In this document: positions 52,461-61,697 of the stretch, piece after piece | Layout: the number at the start of each line of letters is the position of its first letter | Position numbering within the stretch: position 1 is the first letter of the stretch | NCBI GenBank assembly: GCA_016928995.1 | Contig: JAFGJS010000054.1 | Span: 86,536 to 150,535, forward strand | Origin: Candidatus Sumerlaeota bacterium | GTDB taxonomy: Bacteria; Sumerlaeota; Sumerlaeia; JAFGJS01 | Length of the DNA: 64,000 nucleotides | Direction of reading: 5' to 3' | Program-made: the position numbers and the translations under genes | Notes under the pieces: generated by a model | The model's input: the letters and a program-made list of their open reading frames with translations, nothing else | Databases searched by the model: none | Told to the model about the DNA's origin: nothing

Positions 52461-53930
52461 TTAAGCCCATAAGAGATTCTTCAGGCGTTTGATGCCGGCC
52501 TGGAGATAATTGCTTAGCGTGCCTTCGCGTCGTGCGCGGTTCAGCGTGCGGAAAATATAGCCGGGATTGAGGCTCATTTTCAGCAGCGCGCGCTTGCGCC
52601 AGCGGCTGAGCTCGTCCGCGCTCAATGTAAACGTGCGCACAGCGGCCTTATGATATCCTACATCGGTGTTTAACTCCGATGCCATAAGCCCTTCGCGCTG
52701 CACGATGTCGTAGAGTTCCGTCCCTGGCAGCGGCGTGGCGATGTTGAAATCGAAGAAGTCCAGCTGGAGCGACCGGGCGAAGCGGTACGTCTGCTCAATG
52801 GTTTCGCGCGTGTCCCACGGCATCCCGACCACGAAAAAGCCATGCACGCACAGTCCGGCTTCCTTGCAGATGCGCACGGCCTGCGGGGCGCGATCCACCT
52901 TGGCCTGCTTCTTCATCTTATCCATGATTTCCTGGCTGCCGGTCTCTAGTCCGAAGGCGACAACCCAACAACCGGCCTGCCTCATTCTTTGCGCCCGCTC
53001 CGCGCAGATCGTGTCCACCCGGCTGTTGCAGCCCCAGCGAACCGGCAGCTGCGCCTCGATGAGGCGGTCGCAGAGCTCCAGCGTCCATTTTTTGTTGATT
53101 GTAAATGTGTCGCCGTGAAACAGGAATTCCCGCACGCCGTGCCGCTCCACGCACTCGCGGATTTCCTCGACCACCTTCGCCGGATCGCGAAAACGGACGC
53201 GGTAATTGCTGATCGTTCCGGCGGGGCAAAAGATGCATTTCGACGGACAGCCGCGATTGGCGTAGACCACCGTGATCGGCTGATGCGTGTCCGGGCTGCG
53301 ATAGCGTTCGTTCGCCAGCAGATCGCGCGCGGGAAAGGGCAGGCTGTCCAGCGATTCGAGCAGTTCGCGCTCCGGCGTGCGCCGCACCTCGCCCGCTTCG
53401 GCGCCGCACCAGGCCAAGCCTTTCACTTCCGTCACGGGCTGGCCCTTCGTCAACGCGAATAGCGTCATTTCCGGTTCGCCCAGCAAGACCAGGTCGAGCT
53501 CCGGATGGTGCGGCAAGATCCGTTCGCAATTCACCGTGAGGTATTCTCCGCGCCCCACGTTGACGATATCCGGGCAGAGCTCGCGCGCCAGACGCATCGC
53601 CTGCAGATCGCCCTCGATCGTGCCGGTGGTCGCGCTGACCAGCAGCAGGTCCGGCTTGAATTCGCGCAGTTCGCGCTCGAACTCCGGCCACGACTGGCCC
53701 AGCGCGGGGTAGTCGCCGATGCGGCATTCCACGCCGTTCTGCCGCAGCACCGCCGCGTCGTACGCCAATTCAATCGGAGGAAAATTCACGGCGACCGTTT
53801 GCTCTTCCACCTTGACCTGGCAGCGGTCGTCGCGCCGGTAATTGCCTGAGGGTGGATTCACGAGCAATGCGCGGCGGATGTTCAGGCTCTCATGCCTCAT
53901 GGAATGATGTTCAATGCAGGCGCTCAGCAT
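52461..53930 (-). CDS. B12-binding domain radical SAM enzyme (class B)
   Basis: 489 aa. N-terminal cobalamin-binding-like domain followed by the radical SAM CxxxCxxC motif (CPSKCIFC). Confidence 0.8.
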   Translation of the reverse strand: MLSACIEHHSMRHESLNIRRALLVNPPSGNYRRDDRCQVKVEEQTVAVNFPPIELAYDAAVLRQNGVECRIGDYPALGQSWPEFERELREFKPDLLLVSATTGTIEGDLQAMRLARELCPDIVNVGRGEYLTVNCERILPHHPELDLVLLGEPEMTLFALTKGQPVTEVKGLAWCGAEAGEVRRTPERELLESLDSLPFPARDLLANERYRSPDTHQPITVVYANRGCPSKCIFCPAGTISNYRVRFRDPAKVVEEIRECVERHGVREFLFHGDTFTINKKWTLELCDRLIEAQLPVRWGCNSRVDTICAERAQRMRQAGCWVVAFGLETGSQEIMDKMKKQAKVDRAPQAVRICKEAGLCVHGFFVVGMPWDTRETIEQTYRFARSLQLDFFDFNIATPLPGTELYDIVQREGLMASELNTDVGYHKAAVRTFTLSADELSRWRKRALLKMSLNPGYIFRTLNRARREGTLSNYLQAGIKRLKNLLWA

Positions 53931-54002
53931 GCCTGTCGCTTTTCAATTCAGCGCGATGAATCGCTTGATCTATGAAACAAGATAGTTTAATCTGCCAGCG
54001 AA

Positions 54003-55301
54003 ATGACGTCAATAAGAACCCGTATCAAAAGCATGCAAGCATGGCGTTGGCGCGTTGTGTTGTTGATGACTGCGCTGGCGGCGCCGGTGTTGCTTTATTC
54101 CGCAATGGCGCAAGTGGATGAGCCGGCCTCGGTCGAACTGCGCGTGAACTTGCCCGGCGGCGAGTATTTTCCGCTTCCCGTGCGCGTGTTGAACCTGAAA
54201 TCCGGCGAGCAGACCGCGCAACTGGAGTGCATCGCGGCGGATGAGCTGGAGACGGCGTTGCGGGAAATCGATCCGGATAGCTCCGTGACGTGGTACGAGC
54301 GCGACGCCGTGCTGCGCATCGAGCTGCGCGGGAAACGGCTCTCGCTGTATAAGCGTAAAATCATCGCCGGCGGCGAGCTCGATGAGCTGACGCATCCCCT
54401 GCAGAGCGCCGACGGCAACGTCTATCTTCCGCTGAAGTCGGTCGAAGCGCTGTTCGGCCATCTGCCGGACGTGACCGCGCAACGCGTCGAGCAAAAGCCT
54501 CTGCCGGAGGAGCCGCCGGCGCAGAATCAAACCGAGGAACAGCCGCCCGTGGGCATCGCGTCACTGGAGTCTGAGGAAATAACGCCAACGCCTTCGACAG
54601 AACCGTTGCAGGCCATGGAGACGGACAAGCTTCCGCTGCTGCCGCCCGTCGCCGCGCTGTTGCCGCTGGCGCGTCCGAATCGCGCAAAGCCCCTCATCGC
54701 GCTGGATGTCAGCGGTTTACGGCTGGCTGTCGAGCCGGAATACGCGCATGGCCTTCGCAACGCCCTTGCGGCCTTATCACGGAGGCTGGAGCAATCCATC
54801 GAGTCGGATTTGGGCGCCGATTGCGAGCTTGTCGGGCTCGACGCGGCGATGACGCCCGAGCAGCGCCTGGCGCGCCTGGCGGAAATGCGGCCGGATGCGC
54901 TGCTGATCCTTCGCGTTGGACAAGGCGGCGCCGAGGAATCGGGCGGCGTATTGATTTGCTATCCGACGAACCTGCTCGACGCCTCCAGCGCGCTGCCGCC
55001 CGGAGGGAAATCCTCGCGCAAACTATACTTCCGCCCTTACGCGGAACGATCCCGGCGGCTTGCCGAGGCTCTGCAGAGCCGTTTTGCCGCCGCTGGAGAG
55101 CGTCCGGTGAGCGCAGTGCAGGCCGCTCCCCTGTACATCCCCCGCCGGATGGATTGCCCTTCCGTGCTCATCGAAATCGGCCGCATAGCCAACGCCGCCG
55201 ACCGCGACTGGTTCAATCAACGTCCGGATTATTACGCCGATGCAATCGTTCAGGCGCTGAAAAAAAACGTCTATTCTTCAACCGGCGACGCCGTCCGCTG
55301 A
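54003..55301 (+). CDS. AMIN-domain + Amidase_3-like cell-wall protein with apparently degenerate zinc site
   Basis: 432 aa with a signal peptide and an AMIN-like N-terminal beta domain. A Pro/Glu-rich linker precedes a C-terminal Amidase_3-like domain ending PSVLIEIGRIANAADRDWF. The expected His ligands (GHGG / SIHAD) are replaced by VSG / RVG. Confidence 0.6.
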   Translation: MTSIRTRIKSMQAWRWRVVLLMTALAAPVLLYSAMAQVDEPASVELRVNLPGGEYFPLPVRVLNLKSGEQTAQLECIAADELETALREIDPDSSVTWYERDAVLRIELRGKRLSLYKRKIIAGGELDELTHPLQSADGNVYLPLKSVEALFGHLPDVTAQRVEQKPLPEEPPAQNQTEEQPPVGIASLESEEITPTPSTEPLQAMETDKLPLLPPVAALLPLARPNRAKPLIALDVSGLRLAVEPEYAHGLRNALAALSRRLEQSIESDLGADCELVGLDAAMTPEQRLARLAEMRPDALLILRVGQGGAEESGGVLICYPTNLLDASSALPPGGKSSRKLYFRPYAERSRRLAEALQSRFAAAGERPVSAVQAAPLYIPRRMDCPSVLIEIGRIANAADRDWFNQRPDYYADAIVQALKKNVYSSTGDAVR

Positions 55302-55334
55302 GTAAAATTGCCGCGACTAGTCTGGATTTCTCAG

Positions 55335-55420
55335 CGTCGCCCGCTTGCTCTTGCCCCTGCTCTTTTGGACGGATAACACACTGTTTTTTTTGAGCAAGAG
55401 CGAGAGCAGGAGCAAGACAA
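55335..55420. repeat. GCTCTTGCCCCTGCTCTT / GAGCAAGAGCGAGAGCAGGAGCAAGA inverted hexamer-periodic repeat (amidase-mntR spacer)
   Basis: Same family as 7362-7405 and 32283-32432. Flanked by CCGCGACTAG direct repeats (near 55310 and 55470). Confidence 0.5.
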
Positions 55421-55557
55421 TTCGGCTTGAAGCATTCGACAATTACAATTTCACTCACCGTGTTGAGAAAACCGCGACTAGAATCAGCTTGCGAGAATGA
55501 GCGCTTAATGATAATTTTATCATCTCATGCAATCAATGCGGGCGATGGATTTTCATT

Positions 55558-56124
55558 GTGACGAACGATAGCGAATATTGGCGCAAATACGAAGAAGCCA
55601 AGGTGACGCATTCCGCGGCGCACTACCTGATGGCGATCATCAACCTGCGCAAACAGCAGGGCTACGCCCGGATCACCGACGTCGCGGATTACCTGCGCGT
55701 TTCGCGCGGCGCCGCTAGCAAAGCAATCGCCCTGCTGCGCGAAAGGGAATACATCTGCGAAGATCCGAATCGCATGCTTGAACTGACGCGCAAGGGTTTC
55801 AACGTCACCCATGCCGTGGAGCGCAACTTCGCTGTCGTGGAATGCTTCTTCAAGGACATCCTTAAGATCGAAGAAACCATCGCGCGCGAAAACGCCTGCA
55901 AACTTGAGCATCTCCTCAGCCCTTCGGTCACTGAGTCTCTCTTCCGCTTTGTGCGCGCGCTGGAGGAAAATCCGGCCTTGATGGATCAGATCCGGCGTAA
56001 AATCGACACGGATGACAATCCATGCGTGGATAAAACCGGATGCATGGTCTGCAACGAATATGACGGTTGTCTTGACGCCGATCTGCAAGACATGAGCAGA
56101 ACGGATACCGGCAGCGCGGAATAA
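55558..56124 (+). CDS. DtxR/MntR family metal-dependent transcriptional regulator with C-terminal Cys cluster
   Basis: 188 aa with an N-terminal HTH (ITDVADYLRVSRGAASKAIALLREREYI). C-terminal CVDKTGCMVCNEYDGC. Confidence 0.8.
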   Translation: MTNDSEYWRKYEEAKVTHSAAHYLMAIINLRKQQGYARITDVADYLRVSRGAASKAIALLREREYICEDPNRMLELTRKGFNVTHAVERNFAVVECFFKDILKIEETIARENACKLEHLLSPSVTESLFRFVRALEENPALMDQIRRKIDTDDNPCVDKTGCMVCNEYDGCLDADLQDMSRTDTGSAE

Positions 56125-56246
56125 ATCACTGATATAAGCATGACGTAGATGCTCATGCTGTATCCGAGCCCTCCCTCAGGTCGGGCTATGGCATTTCATG
56201 CGGCGATGCGGTAAAAACTATTCACTTTCCCACAGGATACTACAAT

Positions 56247-56326
56247 CCGTACCGCGACCATCTGGGAGCGGTCCGCAATTCTTTCCGCAAGGTCGTTCGG
56301 GCTGCTCCCTGACGGTCGCGGTACGG
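56247..56326. terminator. large hairpin between convergent mntR-like and GH30 genes
   Basis: CCGTACCGCGACC (56247-56259) pairs with GGTCGCGGTACGG (56314-56326). Nested GGGAGC/GCTCCC pairing lies inside. Confidence 0.4.
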
Positions 56327-56358
56327 TTTCGAAATCATCAGGAATTCTGCGGAGCAGT

Positions 56359-57573
56359 CTAAAACTGGTGGGCCGTGCTGATACTCTTTGGCCACAGATA
56401 CATGCCGAAGGTATCGCCGGAAAATGTTGATGTTCCCATATACTCCATGTTCAGACTGGCGGCTGTCCGATGGACCTGCATCGAAGTAAATCCCCCGAGA
56501 TTCTTGATGCTGAATGTTTGCCATACATAATTGTCGGTTGTGTTGACTGCGACAATCACCACCCCGTAATTGCGATATGCAGTGACATAAACTCCGGAAG
56601 TGGGTTGATAGGTGCATGAAATGCGCTGTTTGCCTGGAACCACCCACTTGGCAAACTGGCCGATTGTATAGGCGTTCTTGTTAATGGTTCCGCCATTGGT
56701 GACGAGATTGACATCGCTATCATCATCATTAGCCCACCACCAGAAATACGCGCTCATGCTGGCGTTCATGCAATCGCTGATTTCTTTAGCGATAGCCACG
56801 CAGTTGTTGATATCATTGGCGCCGTCTCTGAAATGCTCGGTCATCCAGACTTTTTTTCCGTAGTTGAGCGCGTTTGTATGGGTGTAAAGGCCGCTGCCAT
56901 AAATGTGACCGCCGATGATGTCGATGTTATTACGGGCCGCGGCATTGTTCAAAGTGGGATCCGAATACGAGTCGTTGAATTGATAGGATTCGGGCATCAG
57001 CACGGGTATGTTGATGGAGCCTGCGTTATTCTGGCAGAAGCTGAGCAATTGCGTTGGCGTCCAGTCGCAGGACTCGTAGGTGACGTCGATATCCGGTTCA
57101 TTTTGGATGGAAACGTAATCCAAGTCGATGTAACTCGCTGCGCCATTCAACCAGTTGGCGTAGTTGCTATAATATGAGCTCAGCAGCGATCCGCCGATAT
57201 AATCATTGTTGTCCTTATACCACGGGGGGGGCGTCCAGGGCGTGCCCAGCACCTCGGCGCCGTAGGAATGCGCCGCAGAGGCGTTGTTCTTTTCTGCGTC
57301 CCATCGGCCATTCGAGGAACTGCCCCATGGATCGATGCGGACGCGCAACAGCGAAAATCCGAGTGTGTTGTACAGCGCGTAGTTTTTGGCGGAGCTGAAC
57401 TGTCCGCACCAGGCGCTGGAGCATCCGAATCCATCAATTGATTGATACCTGATGTCGCCGTCGATAATGCAACTGCCCGCATTGGCGTTGATAGAGAGCG
57501 CAGTCATCGCCAGAATGACAAGAAAACTGACGATATTACACGTAGATCTTTTCCAGTCCGTTGCTAATTGCAT
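56359..57573 (-). CDS. glycoside hydrolase family 30 (glucuronoxylanase XynC-like, GH30_8), secreted
   Basis: Signal peptide. DGFGCSSAW, the acid/base motif SIQNEP and the nucleophile region VWMTEH. The gene is AT-rich. The ATG at ~57573 is preferred over the ORF-track start at 57660. Confidence 0.8.
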   Translation of the reverse strand: MQLATDWKRSTCNIVSFLVILAMTALSINANAGSCIIDGDIRYQSIDGFGCSSAWCGQFSSAKNYALYNTLGFSLLRVRIDPWGSSSNGRWDAEKNNASAAHSYGAEVLGTPWTPPPWYKDNNDYIGGSLLSSYYSNYANWLNGAASYIDLDYVSIQNEPDIDVTYESCDWTPTQLLSFCQNNAGSINIPVLMPESYQFNDSYSDPTLNNAAARNNIDIIGGHIYGSGLYTHTNALNYGKKVWMTEHFRDGANDINNCVAIAKEISDCMNASMSAYFWWWANDDDSDVNLVTNGGTINKNAYTIGQFAKWVVPGKQRISCTYQPTSGVYVTAYRNYGVVIVAVNTTDNYVWQTFSIKNLGGFTSMQVHRTAASLNMEYMGTSTFSGDTFGMYLWPKSISTAHQF

Positions 57574-58309
57574 TTTGTTTCTCCTTGGTATGATTTGTTC
57601 AAGCAAACAACATGTTGGCGTACTGCGAAATGACATAACCGCAGTAATGTGCCGATTCATTGCCGTGCTTACCAGAAACCATATTTACTGATTCAATGGC
57701 GCCTCAATGACAGGATCGACAATCTGCTCCATAAACATTGGCGGCTGTTGAATGCCTCCTTTCTTCTTGCCATCGAGTTGGATTGGTATCGGAGTGTGAT
57801 CAATGCAATCCATTGCATAACATGTCACGATGCTGGACTGAATGTATGTCGCGCCGGGGGTTGGCGTTCATCTGGTAGAATCTCATCCCTTTTCCACGGG
57901 CACACACTTTTTGAGCAAAGCGTCAAAAATAATGCAATTGTCTGGTTTGTTTATTTATTTGTATTTTCTGATGAGCACGAGAGGGTTGCACGATATCGAG
58001 GTTTGCCCGCATTCCTGCTTGTATTGGGTATTTTCCGTGTTCATTGGGGAGAAGAAACCTGCATTGCAGTGGATCATAATACGAGCAGTTTGGCTTATCG
58101 TTGCGCATATGGCGACGGCTAATGGCTGATCTGCGGCGCGATAATCACTTGCCTCACTGGCGTTGCATGGCGTAATCTGAGGGCAGCCTGGATTTCTTTC
58201 GTCTAACTTCTAATTGTGTTCATCGTTATTGTAGTAAGAACTTTTTTTCGCATACGTTGTCAGTGGTATAATATTGGCGCTGCATCCCAATCTATGGAGG
58301 ACTCGCACC

Positions 58310-61300
58310 GTGTCGCTCAGAGCATCTATTCTCGCATTGATCGCATTGCTGGCGGCAATGCCGCGATCGCCGTTGGCTCAGGCGGCTGATCGCACGCCAT
58401 CGGCGGACGCCGAACGGGTCGTGTTTGTGCCTTATGAGAAGGCGTCCGGTCCGGAATGGGGCCTGGATCAGTCGGTATTGATCCCTTATGCGGAGTTTTT
58501 GAAGTTGAAGAACGCGGGCGCGGATCCGGCGGCCGCCGCGGATTTTCATCCTGCCGCCGCCATTGCCCAGGCGACGCTGAAGGGGCGAGTGGAAGGGGAT
58601 GTCGCGGTTTTTGACGCGGAGTATGTGATCGAGGTGATGGCGCGCCAGGATGATTTGCTGAAGCTGCGCTTGCCGTTCGAAAATGTTTCGGTGGAGAGCG
58701 TCCAGGTCGAGGGACCGCAGGCGCTGCTGTCGCCTTTCACGAAGACATCGGGCTTTCAGCTGGAGCTGTTGGGGCCGGAGCGGCGGACGTTGCGGATACG
58801 GATGGCGGCGGCGATCCATCAGCAGGGCGCGGCGCAGATCCTGGATTTTCAATTGCCGCGAGCGGCCGCGGCTTCGATGGAGCTCATCGTGGATGAGGAT
58901 GTGGCGCTGGAGAAGATTCCGGACGGCCTGGCCACGGCGATGATAGCGCCGGCGGAAGAGGGGAAGTTTAAAATCACCGCGTCGCTGGGCTCGCAAGGGC
59001 ATGTGCGGCTGGGATACCGTCCGCGTGTGTTGAAAACCGGCGCGGCGGCGCAGAAGAGGATGGCGGTGGATCAGCAGTATCAGCTGTCCGTTTCGCGGCA
59101 GGGCGCGAGGGCCGGCGTGAAGCTGCATGTCGAGCTGCTTTCCGGCGAGATCGATTCGTTTCAGCTCACGCTGCCGGAAGGCGCGCGGTTGCTGAGCGTT
59201 GCCGGGGATTATGTCAAGGACTGGAAGGCGTTGTCCGAGCCGGGAGCGGTTGAGGTGGCTTTGATCGAAAGCATGTCCGAGCCGTTTGAGGTCGCATTGG
59301 ATGTTCAGTATGTGGGCGCGGCGGACGACGGCCGGCTGAATGTGCTTGAGCTGCGTTTGCCCGAGGCGCTGAGAGAGTCGGGGACTATCATCGTGACTCC
59401 GGATCCTGAGGTTTCGGTTTGGCCGGAGCAATCGGCGGGGCTGGATGAGGTTGCGCCGCCGGCTTCGTCCGGGGCGATGGCTCGCGCGTATCAGTTTTCG
59501 CAGCCGGGCTGGACGCTGGAGCTGACGCGCCGCCCGAAGGATGCGCGCGTGCAGTCTTCTTCGATCGTGTTATATGAAGCGACGGAGGATTGGATTCGTT
59601 TAAAGTCGCAGCACCGGCTGGCGATTTTTTCGCGCAGTATTTTCGGTGTGAGTTTTGAAGTTCCGGAGGGCTTTCAATTGCGCGAGGCGGGGCCGCCGGA
59701 GCTGGTGGCCGGTTTCCGGCAGGAGGGCCGCTTGATCGAGCTGACCTTTAACCGGGAACAGAGCGATGCCTGCGAAGTGCGCTTGAGCTTGCAGCGTCCG
59801 CGCGAGGCCGGCGAGGCGGCGTTGCAGTTGCAGCCGATTCGCGTGCAGGGAGCGGAGGAGGACACCGGCGGACTGGCCTTGGCCGCGCCGTTGGCGCTGC
59901 GCGTGGCTGAAGTGGAATCGAGCGGGCTGCATGGGGCGGATGTGCGCACGTTGCAGTCGCGCATCGCGCCGTTGCTTTCGCCGGATTTGACGCCGGCGCT
60001 GGGGTATCAGTTTTTTCAACCGGAATTCGAGGCGACGATATCCATCGAGCGTCAGCGCACGCGGATCAGCTGCGAGACTTCGATTTTGACCTCGATCATG
60101 CCGAATCTGCTGAAGGTGCACGCGACGCTGAATTACAACATCGAGTTTTCGGCGACGGATGAATTGCATCTTCGTGTTCCGGCGAGCATCGGCGAGGACG
60201 TAGTGATCTCCGGCGCGGACATCAAGGAGCGCACGCCAATGAAGGCGCCGGATGATCGCGCTGTTCCGGGCGTGTTGACGATGTGGACGGTGAAGTTGCA
60301 GCGCCGCGTGATCGGCCCGTACCGTTTGCATGTGACTTTTGACGTTCCGCTGAAGGAGGCGGAGCAAGGCAAGCCGATGATTGTCGTGGCGCCAGTGGTC
60401 AGCGCGGCGGACGTGGTTCGCGAGACGGGCTATGCCGGCGTTTCGCGCGGCGAGAATCTGGAGGTGCGCATCGCGAAAAAAGCGGATGCGCTGGAGCTGC
60501 GGGACGTGAAGGAACTGCCGGGCGATTTGGCGAGCGCTTCGCTGGGCTTTCGATATTTTGATCCGAAGGATTTTCAGCTGGAGTTGGAATTGATCCGGCA
60601 TGAGCTGGAGAGCGTGCTGGGGGCGCTGGTGCGCAGGATGCATATCGACACAGTGTTGACGAATCAGCGCGAGGCCGTGCATGAGGCGGTCTTTGAGGTG
60701 CAGAATAACAGCAAACAATACCTGGAGCTGGATCTGCCCGTTGGAATGAAGATCTGGTCGGCGTTCGTGCGGGGCGCGCCGGTGCGGGCCACCAAGCGTC
60801 AGGAGGACGGGGCGTATTTAATCGCGCTGCCCAAATCGCCTTCGATGGACGAGGCTTTTCGCGTGCGGCTGATCCTGCGCGAGACGCTGCCGGGCGGCGC
60901 CATGGGCATATTCGGCAAACTGAAGTTTGATCCGCCGCAGCTAATACAAGGGACGATCCCTGTCTTGCGAGTGACGTGGAAGCTGTATCTTCCGCCGGAT
61001 TATCATTATGTGAAGTTTCGCGGCGGAATGCGGCATGAGACGGGCGGGAGTTCGCCGTGGATCGAGCCGGCGATGGAGAAGCTGCTGAATGATCTTCCGG
61101 CCGGCCTGGCCGGGGGCATCGCGCAACCGGCGCTGAGGCCGAATCAGGCGCGAGTGGGAGTGGCGTATAATTTGCAGGAGACGAACGCGGAGCGGGAGGC
61201 GCGGGTGCAGGGAACCGCGCTGGAAATTCCGATCGTGCGCGAGGGGCTGCAATTTCAATTCAGCAAGCTGAGCGGAACCGGCGACATCCAGGTTGCGTTC

Positions 61301-61687
61301 TGGAAGCGCAAGCCGCTGTTGCTGTTGCAGGGGGCGGTGGGTCTGGCGTTGCTGGTTGGATTGCTCTGGTGGATGCTGCGGGGCGGCGGAAGATTGCGGG
61401 ATTGCTTGCTCGCCGCCGTGGTCTTGTTTATCGCCGCCAGTCTGATGGATGGATTGCTGGGGCGTTTGTTCGCCACAGCGTTCGGCGGTTCCGCCGTAGC
61501 GGTGATCGCTGGCGCGTTCATCGAAGTCCAGCGCCGCGCGAAAATGGCGAAGAAGGATGATGGTTTGCCGCCTTCATCTTCGCCACCGCCTCCGCCAAGC
61601 TCGAGTCAAGCGGATCTGGCTGACGGACCGGATGGAGCGGAGAGCATTGAAGGAGCGGATGATCCCATAACTTCAAACGACGACTGA
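58310..61687 (+). CDS. giant secreted/membrane-anchored protein of unknown function (paralog A)
   Basis: ~1125 aa. GTG start with a GGAGGA RBS (the ORF-track TTG start is at 58274). Signal peptide. Two C-terminal TM helices followed by a Pro/Ser-rich acidic tail. N-terminal module homologous to the next gene. Confidence 0.6.
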   Translation: MSLRASILALIALLAAMPRSPLAQAADRTPSADAERVVFVPYEKASGPEWGLDQSVLIPYAEFLKLKNAGADPAAAADFHPAAAIAQATLKGRVEGDVAVFDAEYVIEVMARQDDLLKLRLPFENVSVESVQVEGPQALLSPFTKTSGFQLELLGPERRTLRIRMAAAIHQQGAAQILDFQLPRAAAASMELIVDEDVALEKIPDGLATAMIAPAEEGKFKITASLGSQGHVRLGYRPRVLKTGAAAQKRMAVDQQYQLSVSRQGARAGVKLHVELLSGEIDSFQLTLPEGARLLSVAGDYVKDWKALSEPGAVEVALIESMSEPFEVALDVQYVGAADDGRLNVLELRLPEALRESGTIIVTPDPEVSVWPEQSAGLDEVAPPASSGAMARAYQFSQPGWTLELTRRPKDARVQSSSIVLYEATEDWIRLKSQHRLAIFSRSIFGVSFEVPEGFQLREAGPPELVAGFRQEGRLIELTFNREQSDACEVRLSLQRPREAGEAALQLQPIRVQGAEEDTGGLALAAPLALRVAEVESSGLHGADVRTLQSRIAPLLSPDLTPALGYQFFQPEFEATISIERQRTRISCETSILTSIMPNLLKVHATLNYNIEFSATDELHLRVPASIGEDVVISGADIKERTPMKAPDDRAVPGVLTMWTVKLQRRVIGPYRLHVTFDVPLKEAEQGKPMIVVAPVVSAADVVRETGYAGVSRGENLEVRIAKKADALELRDVKELPGDLASASLGFRYFDPKDFQLELELIRHELESVLGALVRRMHIDTVLTNQREAVHEAVFEVQNNSKQYLELDLPVGMKIWSAFVRGAPVRATKRQEDGAYLIALPKSPSMDEAFRVRLILRETLPGGAMGIFGKLKFDPPQLIQGTIPVLRVTWKLYLPPDYHYVKFRGGMRHETGGSSPWIEPAMEKLLNDLPAGLAGGIAQPALRPNQARVGVAYNLQETNAEREARVQGTALEIPIVREGLQFQFSKLSGTGDIQVAFWKRKPLLLLQGAVGLALLVGLLWWMLRGGGRLRDCLLAAVVLFIAASLMDGLLGRLFATAFGGSAVAVIAGAFIEVQRRAKMAKKDDGLPPSSSPPPPPSSSQADLADGPDGAESIEGADDPITSNDD

Positions 61688-61697
61688 GGATTGCGCC

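Noticed and set aside
57649-58122. 157-aa ORF in AT-rich spacer upstream of GH30
   Set aside because: Weak start context and no motifs. It is embedded in AT-rich probable non-coding or decayed DNA. It is mentioned only as a possible gene remnant.
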